Assembly: GCA_964291405.2 (NCBI GenBank)
Contig: OZ219926.1
Location: 928,001-992,000, forward strand
Direction of reading: 5' to 3'
DNA from: Thermodesulfobacteriota bacterium
GTDB lineage: Bacteria; Desulfobacterota; Binatia; Bin18
Length of the DNA stretch: 64,000 nucleotides
Positions within the stretch are counted from its first letter, which is position 1. Each line of letters begins with the position of its first letter. Of the stretch, positions 20,057-30,432 are shown piece by piece. The notes under the pieces are model-generated. The model searched no databases. It saw only the letters and a program-made list of their open reading frames with translations, and was not told where the DNA came from. Made by a program: the position numbers and the translations under genes.

Positions 20057-21781
20057 CTACATCTTTGTCTCTTTCCCCAGGAATCCCTGAAAAAAATCGG
20101 ACAGTTGTCTGAAGGTCGAAGCGTCCAGACGGCCGGACCAGTCGGACGTGTAGAGCGAAAAATTACTGTGATTGTCATCGTTCGTCTCATTCCCTACGGA
20201 CTCTCTCAGGGTGTAAATCAGGAACGCTTCGATATGATTTGCATGGAGAAATGTTGCCGGAACCTGCTCGAAAAAGGCTTCCCACTTGTCTTCCCAGACA
20301 AGGGCCCCTACCCCGTCCGGTATCCCGGACGCACGGTCATAGATAAAAATTTTCCAATGTCTGGGAATCGACGCGTTGGCTTTGCCCAGTTTTTTCGTCG
20401 GAATCCCAAACTCCGTCACCCACACGGCCTTGCCCGATAAGCCGTAGCTCTTCTCCCAGTCAGGCTCGGCAACCAGGGCGGCCAACTCACGAATGAAGTC
20501 AAAGCGTTTGAAATAGTCCCGAGCGAATGCACGGGGATTCAGAGCGGGCCAATCCTTTCGCGACTGCGCATCAACAAACGTCATATCGTGGATGTCATGC
20601 CGGGGCCAATGATAGGGGTGGATGGCAATTTTATCGACGTATCGAAAGGTCTCCGGATTGGCTCGGAACATCCGCATGAACCAGTCGATATTCACGTGGG
20701 TGACCGCAGCGGATACGATGACCATATCCGCCCCGCCCCGTGAGATTTCATCCTTTGCAGCGAATGAAACATGCTCGTGCAGCTGGGCGAAAAACGTGAC
20801 ATAGACCTCAAGTTTCGATCCCCAGCGAAAATCTTTCAGAGAGGTTTCGCTGGCGGACACGGGGAGCGGTTGTTCCCGATAAAACCCGTCCTTCCGCACG
20901 CACCCCTTCCCCGGCAAGTCGTTTTCCGGGACCTGAGAGAGATGCAGTTGTGTAATATATTTATCACACGGATACGCGTCCGGATTGAGCGCCTTTTCGA
21001 TCTTCAGTTCGTCCGGCAGCCACATATAATCGGGCTCATTGATCATCTCAATCGCCGCAACAACCGGGAACGGGGCCGGCACCCCGTCTCGTGCATAGCC
21101 CTGCCCGTAGCGCTGCACCAGCTTACGGACAAAGCGGATATGCGTCTCCTGGTAGAGCCCCCGGACCTCCTCCCCCTCGGGTGCTTCAATGATCTCCGCC
21201 GGCGGGAAGGAAGTCAAAACTATGGTCACCAGGACGGCCGGATGTGTACTCGCCGGGTCGGCTGCCAACTCGGTATTGTATTTCTGGATGCCGGCCAGGA
21301 GGGCGTCCCACTGTTGCCACTGCAAAGGCTGGCCGGTGACGTCCTGATCCTTTTCCATTCCGGCCAAGCTGGCCCGTAAAAACGTCGCAATTTTCTCTAT
21401 GGTCGCAGCAACCGTGTCCGTGTCAATCTGATAGAGCGGCTTGCGGGTAGACGCAGTGACCGACGGCAGTCCTGAGCCGAGCACCGTCCACATATAGATC
21501 GGTACACGCACCATATTCCCGTGCAGCCCGGACGTATGCTGCGCCATCAGGTAGCCCTGCTTTTCAAGATAGGCCAACCGTTCGGCCTCATTCGCAAAGA
21601 CTTCCGCTACCTGCCAATCCGGTCCCATAACAGAGAACCCGGCGTATCGCGGAGTACCGGGGCCAATCGGAGTGCCGGGGCCAACCGGAACAGGCGTCTC
21701 GGAGTGGCATCCAGACACCCCAACCAGAATCAGGAAAAAGAAGGCCCACAATCGGGCATAAAAACGCCAAGCGGTTCTCAT
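20057..21781 (-). CDS. Putative lipoprotein glycoside hydrolase (clan GH-A-like)
   Basis: VSGC lipobox; INEPD, AIHPYH and WVTEFG motifs; start placed at MRTAW rather than the 712-aa ORF start. Confidence 0.6.
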   Translation of the reverse strand: MRTAWRFYARLWAFFFLILVGVSGCHSETPVPVGPGTPIGPGTPRYAGFSVMGPDWQVAEVFANEAERLAYLEKQGYLMAQHTSGLHGNMVRVPIYMWTVLGSGLPSVTASTRKPLYQIDTDTVAATIEKIATFLRASLAGMEKDQDVTGQPLQWQQWDALLAGIQKYNTELAADPASTHPAVLVTIVLTSFPPAEIIEAPEGEEVRGLYQETHIRFVRKLVQRYGQGYARDGVPAPFPVVAAIEMINEPDYMWLPDELKIEKALNPDAYPCDKYITQLHLSQVPENDLPGKGCVRKDGFYREQPLPVSASETSLKDFRWGSKLEVYVTFFAQLHEHVSFAAKDEISRGGADMVIVSAAVTHVNIDWFMRMFRANPETFRYVDKIAIHPYHWPRHDIHDMTFVDAQSRKDWPALNPRAFARDYFKRFDFIRELAALVAEPDWEKSYGLSGKAVWVTEFGIPTKKLGKANASIPRHWKIFIYDRASGIPDGVGALVWEDKWEAFFEQVPATFLHANHIEAFLIYTLRESVGNETNDDNHSNFSLYTSDWSGRLDASTFRQLSDFFQGFLGKETKM

Positions 21782-21825
21782 ACAGACCCCTAACATGCTC
21801 CCAGCCTCCTCACCAGTTTTTTTAC

Positions 21826-21881
21826 CGAACCGACAGCCGCACCGTATGCGCATTGCCGTTCCAGCTCGGCGCTCCGGCTTC
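21826..21881. repeat. Orphan 3'-tail duplicate of the methyltransferase gene
   Basis: 54/56 identical to 23622-23677; encodes EAGAPSWNGNAHTVRLSVR followed by its own TAA. Confidence 0.9.
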
Positions 21882-21965
21882 CTAACAAGCCGAGCATTTT
21901 TTCCTACTGCATTTTCCAAAAACACTCTATACTGTATACATCGAATAATAAGGAGCACGAAGGGT

Positions 21966-22247
21966 ATGACCGTTAAGCCGGAAGATATCCGATTAAGTCC
22001 AAGGCAAAAGCGTCTGGTGGCTGAGCAGGCAAACAGCAACGGAAAACCGTGGCAGAGCATCTTGCAGGAAGCCCTTGACTCCAGTGGGGTCACAGACCGG
22101 GAAGGTCTGGATTCGGAGTTCATGGACTGGTGTACCGAACAGATGCGCGGGAAGAAGATGATCTCTCTTGACGAGGCGCACCGTATTCTCTCCAAGTGCT
22201 CCGGGTCACTGGCTCAAGATATCATTGATGACCGTAGCGGTCGCTAA
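21966..22247 (+). CDS. Putative antitoxin
   Basis: 93-aa ORF abutting a PIN toxin; ends LSKCSGSLAQDIIDDRSGR. Confidence 0.7.
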   Translation: MTVKPEDIRLSPRQKRLVAEQANSNGKPWQSILQEALDSSGVTDREGLDSEFMDWCTEQMRGKKMISLDEAHRILSKCSGSLAQDIIDDRSGR

Positions 22248-22712
22248 ATGAGTCGCTACTTTTTCGATTCCAGCGCGTTGGTCAAGCGATATTGCCCCGA
22301 GGCTGGTACTGACGAAGTAAACCGTCTCTTTGCCGATTCAGACGCGACCCACTACATCTCCCGACTTGCGGTAGTTGAAGTACAACGAGCGCTTGCCAGG
22401 CGGGTACGTACCGGCGAAATCCGAGAGCCGGAGTTGGACCACCTCCGCAACCTTTTCTATAACGATATCGGACAGCGGCTGTTGCAAGTGCGACGCTTCC
22501 GAGATTTTCACTATCACCATGCCGTACGCTTGGTCAGAAAATATGCCGCTCCCCAAAAGACCCCCTTGCTGGGCACGCTTGATGCCCTCCACCTTGTCTC
22601 AGCCTTGGACCTCCGCAGCAATAACGCTGTCGATGTGTTCGTCTCTGCGGATAAAAACTTATGTGAGGCGGCTGAGGCTGAAGGCTTAAGCGTCAGAAAT
22701 CCCACTCTCTGA
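22248..22712 (+). CDS. vapC: PIN-domain toxin
   Basis: YFFDSSALVKRY..E.G, LGTLDALHL, FVSADKNL. Confidence 0.9.
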   Translation: MSRYFFDSSALVKRYCPEAGTDEVNRLFADSDATHYISRLAVVEVQRALARRVRTGEIREPELDHLRNLFYNDIGQRLLQVRRFRDFHYHHAVRLVRKYAAPQKTPLLGTLDALHLVSALDLRSNNAVDVFVSADKNLCEAAEAEGLSVRNPTL

Positions 22713-22765
22713 GTTGATCCGCGCAATTTCAACATCCTCAACCGGAGTCGTTTCCAAGACGACAA

Positions 22766-23205
22766 TCAAGAAAATTCCGTCGAACACTCCCGGTTATCAA
22801 CAAACGGCAACAGCTTCCCTTTCTTATTACGATTGCGTGCCGCCGCTTCGCAAGCCGCCTTCCAGGCCCAATCGGCAAACATCCGCTTCGGCGGTAAGAT
22901 GATCCAACCGTCATCCTCATCGCCAACGGCGGTGAATTCACCGGCGGCGACACAGAGCGCCGTGAGCGCACAAGCAAAAGCCGCCCGATCATCGTGGTTC
23001 GTAATCTCACTCGGTGCGTACGCCCACCGCCAGTCGTTAGGCAAAAGCTCAAGGAACCAATCGAGACGCTGATGATTCGCCAAATGAACGAAATATCTAT
23101 CCGATTTCTGTTTAGGCCGTTGTAATGCCTTCGGACGGTCAACCATCACCCCGAGAAACGTTGTGGGAAAGGCTTCGACGATCGCGTGCTCATCTCTGCA
23201 CACCT
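22766..23205 (-). pseudogene. DUF429-like (predicted RNase H-fold nuclease) C-terminal fragment
   Basis: IVEAFP, HDDRAAFACALTA, VGDEDDGWIILP; N-terminal part absent. Confidence 0.55.
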
Positions 23206-23456
23206 GATGACTCGCCTTGCTTACACAGCAAAAATTTTTCACAAGTAGAGCAGGTCAGAGCGGAGGGGCATCGGGAAGAAGAGCTCGCAATAAAACCGGC
23301 GGATACCACGGAAGCAACCATCACGATTCAAAAAGTGAAGGGCACGCCAAAGTATAATGTGACCCCGGTTGAGGACCAACAACTGGTTGTGCTCGATATG
23401 GCTGCATAGTCCTCCCATTTCCTGCTTGACTTATGGCGACCTCGGGACGTGCTCGT

Positions 23457-23561
23457 ATGAGCAAAATACGGCGCATGCTGAACAAGTGTGCGTCCGGCTA
23501 TTCTATTGAGAAAAAGAAACATAGGCAGTGGGTCCGGTACAACGGGAAAACCTATAAAACG
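23457..23561 (+). pseudogene. Possible HicA-like toxin fragment
   Basis: Short basic MSKIRRMLNKCASGYSIEKKKHRQWVRYNGKTY, apparently truncated. Confidence 0.3.
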
Positions 23562-23614
23562 CAACGTACACTCACCTTGGCCAACCCGGCGTTTCGCCCG
23601 ATGTTCATCGCGTC

Positions 23615-24304
23615 CTACGATCGAACAGACAGCCGCACCGTATGCGCATTGCCGTTCCAGCTCGGCGCTCCAGCTTCATAACGGAACCCGGCCACTTCAC
23701 ACATGGCTCTGAGGGCCTCAGCCGTCGGCAGCCACCACCAGGGGCCGAAATCCTCAAAGCTCCACTCCGCCACCTCCTGCGTGATGCCGAACGCCCCATC
23801 GCCGACAACGCCCTGCCAATACGCTTGGACAATCTCACGCTCGCGGCCGTGTAAAGCCGGAATACACAGCATGGCCGCGGCGGGCAGCTCAAGAACCCCT
23901 TTTGCTCCTTCAATCCGAGTCGCGGTGATCGCCGAGGTAAGGACGAGAGCCTCGCGGGTTACCTTGCGTAAGGCGCGTAAAAACTGCATCGGCTCGGGCA
24001 TGTGATACAGCACCCCGGAGCAGTGCACGACATCGAACTGCGGGCAGGGGTCCGCCTCGGCCAAGGTCAGAATGTCCGTGCTCATACACTCAACCCCTGG
24101 CAGCCGGAGCGTGCGCCGCCGTTCATCAAATAACGCCCACAGCTCGCTGTCGGGCGGTGAGACATCAATCATGGTCAGCACGCGCGCGCCGTGCGCATGG
24201 GCAACCGAGACCTTCTCATTGACCGTCCCCCACAGCCCACCAACATCGGCAAACGATTTGCCGGCCACAACCTGACTAATATACGTATCCCGCACATCTC
24301 TCAT
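23615..24304 (-). CDS. Class I SAM-dependent methyltransferase
   Basis: SFADVGGLWG, FDVVHCSGVLYH, WWWLPT. Confidence 0.85.
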   Translation of the reverse strand: MRDVRDTYISQVVAGKSFADVGGLWGTVNEKVSVAHAHGARVLTMIDVSPPDSELWALFDERRRTLRLPGVECMSTDILTLAEADPCPQFDVVHCSGVLYHMPEPMQFLRALRKVTREALVLTSAITATRIEGAKGVLELPAAAMLCIPALHGREREIVQAYWQGVVGDGAFGITQEVAEWSFEDFGPWWWLPTAEALRAMCEVAGFRYEAGAPSWNGNAHTVRLSVRS

Positions 24305-26631
24305 GGAGTGCCCTCACGCAGCAAGCGCCGTTTGAGACGATTTTTCAGGGATAACAGCCACGGCCGGTTGGTCTTGAGCAGGGCGGTATAGAGCGGCAAG
24401 AACATCCGACGGACCGAAAAATACAACACCGTCCGCCAGGAGTGGCCATACGCGGCAACGAGATGGGCCGGTATCAAGCTCGTTCCGGCATCCACCCTTT
24501 GTTCAGCTCCCTGCTCCCGTTCTTGCCAGAGCCAGTCCGTCACGGTTGTGATCCGCAGATATTCTACGGCTTGCGTTGCACAGGCGCGCCCGAGGCCAAC
24601 TCCGGGCAGCGGTGCGGTTGCCGCTGCCCGTTCCTGTCGCGCGGCTTCGTAGGCCGCCAGAACAGTGTCGGTCATCTGCTCCAGCCGGAAGTGATCCTGA
24701 ATACGTTGACGCCCCTGTTGGCCCATGCTCTTCCGTTGCCCCGGCTCGTCCAGGAGTTGAGCCAGGACGGTGGCGTACTGCCGGGCTTCGTCTTCTTCCG
24801 ATCCCCGGCCAATCAATACCCCACATTCAGGCGTGACCAGCTCACGCTGCCCGCTCACATCTGCTCCGACAACCGGCACCCCGCAGGCCATAGCTTCGTA
24901 GACTGAGAGCGCTATGCCTTCCCATTCGGAGGGGAGAAAAAAGATGTCCGCGGCAGCAAGAAGGTCCCGAATATCATCATTGGGTAGTGCGCCGAGCAAG
25001 CGAACCTGTCGCTCCAACCTGTTCTTATGGATAAAGGTTTTGAGCCAGTCAAAATCCGGTCCATCGCCGGCAACCATAAGCACGAAATCAGCGTTGGTTT
25101 GGGTGAGGCGGAGTGCTGTCTGCGCCAGGACTTTCGGTTGTTTTTGCGCACATATACGCCCGACAAATACAATCAGCGGCGTTGAGGCGGCAATATCGTA
25201 GTGCTGACGGGCACGATGACCCCGCTCAGCGTCGGGCTGCCACGAGTCGGCGTCGATATTCGTATGACATACCTGGATAGTGGCCGGGTCGGCGCCCCGC
25301 CCTACCATCCAGCCTTTCAGATGTTCCGACGAAACCAAGCTGCGATCAAGCGTTTCCTGGTAGATAACCGACATCTGCGGATAACCGCCATTCTTCCACG
25401 ATTCCTCCTCAATATGACAAAAATCGAGCAAAGGCAGCTTTGGACAATGTGCCCGCAGGTAGGGCAGGATATGATACCCGAACTCGCTATGCGAGGTGAG
25501 CACCGCATCGATCTCTCTGCTCTGTATCAGATAGCGCAGAAAACGCGGATAATCCGCGGGCCGCAGAAAACGGTGCAAAATAAAAATATCGGGCGTAAAG
25601 TCGGCAAACTGGGCCAGCCAGGGATGATCGCTACTGAGCGTCGTCACGATGGTCACTTCCCAGCCGCGCCGGACGAGTTGACCGAGCAGGTCCAGGTTGA
25701 ACTTGTCCGACCCACCCATGGCCAGCCACGGCACGATCAGTAGCAGCCGTGGCTTTTCCTTGTGGAGTCGATTCTCCCACGGGAGCGTATCACAGACGGT
25801 TTCATACGGTGCGAGCGGCGCTGCCTGGGGCGTGGGAAACTCCTCCCAGAGACGCGGGTAGCGCTGGCGCAATTTTTTCCGAAAGGCGGCCTCGCGCTTC
25901 CCGCCATCCCAGTTATCCCAGCGGTCCCCGTGGTTCTTGCGGCGGCGGTACCAGTCGAGATACTCCGGTAGCGTCGTGCCCCAATGGCCCTCGCTGGCGC
26001 AGTGCAGCCAGAAGTCCCAGTCTTCCAGCCCGCCCCGGATCGTTTCGTCATAGCCGCCGACGGCGGTATGCACGCTGCGCCGCACCGCGCTGGTGATATC
26101 CACAAGATTCTGTTCAAGAAAAACACCACCGTTGTGGAAGCCCTGCTCCCACAGGTACTCGTTGGCATCGAAGCCAACCGAGTAGCCCTTCACAAACGCG
26201 AATTCGGGATAGGACTCCAACAGCCAGATCCATTTTTCTATGGCGGTCGGCTCCAGCATATTATCCGTATCGAGCTGGACGATATACTCTGCACGCGCGG
26301 CCCGATACGCCGTATTCCGTCCGGCGCTGGGCCCCTGGTTGACCTCATGGTCAATCACCCGAATCCTTGTATCTGTGTTACGGTAGGAATCGAGAATAGC
26401 CAGCGCTTCCGGGTCGGTCGAGCCGTCGTTGACGATAATCCACTCCCACTGCTGGAAAGACTGCCGCAGGACGGACCGCGCCGTGTCATGAAAAATCGCG
26501 CCGGTATTGTAATACGGCGTCACGATGGTCACGACCGGCGGAGCGGCCGGATCGACCGGACGATACCCATAGACCGGACGCCGGTCCGAGGCCGGGGTGT
26601 TCGCGTAATCGGGACTGTTGGGATCAATCAT
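24301..26631 (-). CDS. Bifunctional GT2 + GT4 glycosyltransferase
   Basis: IVNDGSTD, LDTDN, EDWDFW; then MGGSD, PSEWEGIALSVYEAMACG. Confidence 0.9.
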   Translation of the reverse strand: MIDPNSPDYANTPASDRRPVYGYRPVDPAAPPVVTIVTPYYNTGAIFHDTARSVLRQSFQQWEWIIVNDGSTDPEALAILDSYRNTDTRIRVIDHEVNQGPSAGRNTAYRAARAEYIVQLDTDNMLEPTAIEKWIWLLESYPEFAFVKGYSVGFDANEYLWEQGFHNGGVFLEQNLVDITSAVRRSVHTAVGGYDETIRGGLEDWDFWLHCASEGHWGTTLPEYLDWYRRRKNHGDRWDNWDGGKREAAFRKKLRQRYPRLWEEFPTPQAAPLAPYETVCDTLPWENRLHKEKPRLLLIVPWLAMGGSDKFNLDLLGQLVRRGWEVTIVTTLSSDHPWLAQFADFTPDIFILHRFLRPADYPRFLRYLIQSREIDAVLTSHSEFGYHILPYLRAHCPKLPLLDFCHIEEESWKNGGYPQMSVIYQETLDRSLVSSEHLKGWMVGRGADPATIQVCHTNIDADSWQPDAERGHRARQHYDIAASTPLIVFVGRICAQKQPKVLAQTALRLTQTNADFVLMVAGDGPDFDWLKTFIHKNRLERQVRLLGALPNDDIRDLLAAADIFFLPSEWEGIALSVYEAMACGVPVVGADVSGQRELVTPECGVLIGRGSEEDEARQYATVLAQLLDEPGQRKSMGQQGRQRIQDHFRLEQMTDTVLAAYEAARQERAAATAPLPGVGLGRACATQAVEYLRITTVTDWLWQEREQGAEQRVDAGTSLIPAHLVAAYGHSWRTVLYFSVRRMFLPLYTALLKTNRPWLLSLKNRLKRRLLREGTP

Positions 26632-29374
26632 TGTTTCTACTTTGGCCGGCTACTTTGGCCGGAAATCCCTGGACCGGCTTGACCAGTTTCATCCGGGTGC
26701 CCAAGCGGCCCCACACACTCTCTTGCCAGTAGCGTGTCTGTGCCTGCCAGTGGGCGATCTGTTCCTCGTGCTGCCGAGCAATTTTCTCCCAGTTACTCCG
26801 CTGCTCCTCCAGCCACGCCTTCCCCTGCTCCAACTCGCCCATCCATGCCTGTTGCTCCTGTAATACTCGCCCACGTTCCTCGGCTAACGCCTGCCAATTC
26901 TTCCTCTGTTCTTCTTGCCACGCCTTCCCCTGCTCCAACTCGTCCATCCATGCCTGTTGCGTAGCCCGCTGCTCTTCCAGCCACGTTTTGCCTGTTTCGA
27001 GCTCTTTTATCCAACCCCTGAGTTCTTGAATCAAATCGTTCTGGGTCTCGGCAACACTCCGCCAATTGGCCTGTTGGGCTTCTTGCCACGCCTTCCCCTG
27101 CTCCAACTCACCTATCCACGCCTGTTGCGCAGCCTGTTGTTCTTCTTGCCACGTTTTGCCTGTTTCGAGCTCTTTTATCCAACCCCTGAGTTCTTGAATC
27201 AAATCGTTCTGGGTCTCGACAACACTCCGCCAATTGGCCTGCTGAGCTTCTTGCCAGGCTTTGCCACGTTCCAATTCACTAATCCAGCGGCGGAGCTTGG
27301 TCAGCGTGCTGAAGGCTTCACCCAGCACGCGGCCTTCGGACTGCGAGCCCCGGTCTTGAGAGAGTGAGAGTGCACGACGACCGGCTTCAGTGATTTCCTC
27401 TACACCACGCTCAAACTGGTAGGCGTGCGAGGCGTTACCGCCGTGCCAGCGGTAGCGGACCAGGGGACGGGCCAGAAAGCCAACCCGATAGGTGAGGCAT
27501 AGCCTGAGCCACATGGCATAGTCACAGGCAAAGCCCAGGTCCGGGTCAAACCCACCCTGTTCGAGCAGGACACGGCGCCGAGCCAGCACGGTCGGCGCAC
27601 ACACCCGGTTGCCGTTGAGGAGCAAGGTCCGAAAATACTCCGGCCCACCCCAGACCGTGTCTTCAGTCGCGTCCTCAATCCAGTCGGCAAACGAGCTTGG
27701 CGCCGACTCGTCAACCAGCGTTTCCACCCCGGAATGGACAAAACCGACGGTTTCGTCCGTGCTCAACAGTTGGACCTTGCGTTCCAGATTGTCGGGCAGC
27801 ATCACATCGTCCTGGTGAAAGACGCACACGAACTCTCCACCGGCGAGTTCAAGACAGCGGTTCCAATTGGCCGGAATACCCAGCCGCTCCGGGTTGCGGT
27901 GTATCTGTATTCTCGGGTCAGAGAACGACTTGACGATATCGAGCGTGGCGTCGGTTGAATGATCATCAACAACCAGGAGTTCAAAGTCCTCATAGGTCTG
28001 GTTCAAAATGCTGTGCAGCGCCTCTTCAATATAATCCGCGCCGTTATACGTGGGCAGGCACACGCTGACCGCACGGGTCGGTGTCAGCCTCTCCGCTTCC
28101 GTTGAGAGAGCATCAGGACGCGGGCCTTCTTCCGACGGCTTGTCCCCCCGCACGGCCTCATATACGGCTTCCATATCCTGGGCGTACACCTGCGGGTCTC
28201 GCATTGGCGTCGCGGCCGGCGTGAGCTGTTCCCGCAGCCGGGTGTCGGTCTGCAGCCGCTCCAGGCAACGCCGCAGGTCGCCTGCGTTCTCGGGTTCAAA
28301 CAACAGACCGTTCACTCCATCCTGAATGACTTCAGGTAATGCCCCACGCCTGGTGGCAATGACCGGCAGACCGGCCTGAAGCGCCTCTCGGGTGACCAGC
28401 GAAAAGGTTTCCTCACAGAGGCTGGGTACAACCAGCACGTCGTGCTGAGTCAGAATGGCGTTCAACTGATCGTGCGTATAGGTGCCACAAAAACGAATGG
28501 GGAGACCGACCGCATCCGCCTCCAGTTGGTCAGCATAGGCAGACCAGGCCGCGGCCCGTTCACCATACAGGGAGACGGTAAGGCTAGCAGCCGGCATGCC
28601 GCGCACGGCTTGTAGAATCAGCTGTGGGCCTTTGTGTGGCACGAGCGCACCAATATATAACACCCGCAGCCGCCCGTCCTTGCGGTCGTCTTGGCGTCTC
28701 TGCTGGATGGGTATGACGCCAGGGGCAAGTATCTGGAGACGAGGCTCCAGAAATGGGAACAGGTGAGACATGCGGTCAGCCAGAAACCGGGACGGCACAA
28801 TAACCCGTTGCGGGATGCGGAGGAGTTGCTCAAAATACCGAAAACGCCGGCGGACCTCCTCCGCAGTTGTCTCCGTATGTAAGCAAGCGACGCAGCGCTC
28901 GCCCCGGTCCGGCCCCGGACACAGCCGGCTGTGGTTGTCCACGAGATGGATGCGGGCACAGGCGAAAAAGAAATCGTGCAGGCTAAGGACGACCGGATAA
29001 CCCAGCAGGGCCGAGGACTGGAGCACACTCCCGGACAGATGGATGACGTGCTGAACGTGCACGACATCGGGACGAGAGTCGGTCAGGACCTGGTGAAATG
29101 CCTCGTCGAGAAATGGATGGTCATACTCCAGGCGAAAATGTGAGGCGTGGCTGAGATTGTTGACAACCCGCACAACGCGCACCCCAGAGTGTCCATCCGT
29201 ATCAGAGGGGTCTTGTTGCACTGAGAATTCCGCGGCAGCGGCATCGGTTGTCCGGGCGAAGACCGTCACCTGATGACCTCGCTGGGCGAGCGTCTGAGCC
29301 AGAGTTGCGGTGACGAATTCCACCCCTCCCCACTTTCGGGGCGGGTAGCCGTGCACGATCTGGAGAATGCGCAT
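26624..29374 (-). CDS. Bifunctional GT4 + GT2 glycosyltransferase with Trp-rich C-terminal coiled coil
   Basis: LHDFF, ETFSLVTREA; VCLPTYNG, VDDHSTD, FHQDD; C-terminal WxxELExGKxW repeats. Confidence 0.9.
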   Translation of the reverse strand: MRILQIVHGYPPRKWGGVEFVTATLAQTLAQRGHQVTVFARTTDAAAAEFSVQQDPSDTDGHSGVRVVRVVNNLSHASHFRLEYDHPFLDEAFHQVLTDSRPDVVHVQHVIHLSGSVLQSSALLGYPVVLSLHDFFFACARIHLVDNHSRLCPGPDRGERCVACLHTETTAEEVRRRFRYFEQLLRIPQRVIVPSRFLADRMSHLFPFLEPRLQILAPGVIPIQQRRQDDRKDGRLRVLYIGALVPHKGPQLILQAVRGMPAASLTVSLYGERAAAWSAYADQLEADAVGLPIRFCGTYTHDQLNAILTQHDVLVVPSLCEETFSLVTREALQAGLPVIATRRGALPEVIQDGVNGLLFEPENAGDLRRCLERLQTDTRLREQLTPAATPMRDPQVYAQDMEAVYEAVRGDKPSEEGPRPDALSTEAERLTPTRAVSVCLPTYNGADYIEEALHSILNQTYEDFELLVVDDHSTDATLDIVKSFSDPRIQIHRNPERLGIPANWNRCLELAGGEFVCVFHQDDVMLPDNLERKVQLLSTDETVGFVHSGVETLVDESAPSSFADWIEDATEDTVWGGPEYFRTLLLNGNRVCAPTVLARRRVLLEQGGFDPDLGFACDYAMWLRLCLTYRVGFLARPLVRYRWHGGNASHAYQFERGVEEITEAGRRALSLSQDRGSQSEGRVLGEAFSTLTKLRRWISELERGKAWQEAQQANWRSVVETQNDLIQELRGWIKELETGKTWQEEQQAAQQAWIGELEQGKAWQEAQQANWRSVAETQNDLIQELRGWIKELETGKTWLEEQRATQQAWMDELEQGKAWQEEQRKNWQALAEERGRVLQEQQAWMGELEQGKAWLEEQRSNWEKIARQHEEQIAHWQAQTRYWQESVWGRLGTRMKLVKPVQGFPAKVAGQSRNND
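26780..27286 (-). repeat. Coding repeat: six WxxELExGKxW units at 35/21/35/21/35-aa spacing, including a near-exact 168-bp duplication
   Basis: Read directly from the translation and DNA. Confidence 0.85.
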
Positions 29375-29381
29375 AGACCGT

Positions 29382-30347
29382 TTATTTCTGCTTTATGCTC
29401 TCCTGTAAAGAAATCCGGCGCACCAGAGAGGGAGCCAAGGCATGCTTTCGTTCGCCGAGCCAGGTACCGCATAATGCCGCAAGATGCCAGGCCAGGGCTA
29501 GTCCCCCCCAACGCAGCCCGACGCGCAGCCGTCCCTGGTTTGTGAGCCAGCGCCAGAACGACAAGTCCCGGCGGGCGGCGCGCCAGGTCAGGGGCAGCGT
29601 GCGTCCCAGGGACAGACGAGAAGCAGCATCAATATCGCTCAGCGCGCGCGCATGATCGAAATGCCGCCTGAAATTGGGCCAGGGGCCATAACCGTGGGAA
29701 TGAGACACCAGCGAGTCGGCCCGATAGGCGGTTTTATACCCGGCCTCAAGCACTCGCCTGGCCCACAGTTGGTCCTCGGCGAATTCCACCTCGGGAAAAG
29801 GGAATTGCTGCCATACGCTGCGACGCAGGACCGAACTGACGTTAGAGAAAAAATAGCAAGAGGCCGGATTGCTGGCATAATCAGGGGTGTCACTACTGTT
29901 CAGACACGATTCCGCCCGGCCCGACAGCTCATCCTCAACAATGCGCCGCCACTCCATGGGGTGACAGTGCGGGCGGGGGAGATGGCGGCTATACGCCCCG
30001 GCAATCAACGGGTCGGCCTGGAGGGGCGCCAGCAGCGCGTCCAGCCAGTCGGCATTGGCCGGGGTCGCATCCTGGGTCAGGAACACCAGATACTCGCCCC
30101 GCGCGTAGCTTGCGGCCAGATTGCGGGTTTTGCCGTGGCCGAAATCCTGGGGTGGAATCCGTATGACGCGCACCGCGTGAGACGCAAGAATGGCCAGGGT
30201 TCGGTCGCGCGAACCGGAATCCACCGCGAGGATCTCGTCGAGTTGAAAGCGGCCCCGTTGTTGACCGATACGGTCCAGCACTTCGGCCAGATAGCGCTCG
30301 CCGTTTTTTGTGACCAGGAGAACGGATACGGTCGGACGGTCGGTCAT
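29382..30347 (-). CDS. GT2 glycosyltransferase (rhamnosyltransferase-like)
   Basis: VDSGSRD, FGHGKTRN, FLTQDA, FAEDQ, VSHSH. Confidence 0.88.
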   Translation of the reverse strand: MTDRPTVSVLLVTKNGERYLAEVLDRIGQQRGRFQLDEILAVDSGSRDRTLAILASHAVRVIRIPPQDFGHGKTRNLAASYARGEYLVFLTQDATPANADWLDALLAPLQADPLIAGAYSRHLPRPHCHPMEWRRIVEDELSGRAESCLNSSDTPDYASNPASCYFFSNVSSVLRRSVWQQFPFPEVEFAEDQLWARRVLEAGYKTAYRADSLVSHSHGYGPWPNFRRHFDHARALSDIDAASRLSLGRTLPLTWRAARRDLSFWRWLTNQGRLRVGLRWGGLALAWHLAALCGTWLGERKHALAPSLVRRISLQESIKQK

Positions 30348-30432
30348 AACGTCTGGAAAATAGCTGCGCCCGCTCCCCTACATCCCCTCTCGGGAGGGGT
30401 GGCCCGCAGGGCCGGGGTGGGTTCCCCAGCCG

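Noticed and set aside
21782-22195. N-terminal extension of the 712-aa ORF
   Set aside because: It crosses the duplicated methyltransferase tail and runs antisense to the antitoxin; the lipoprotein signal begins near 21781
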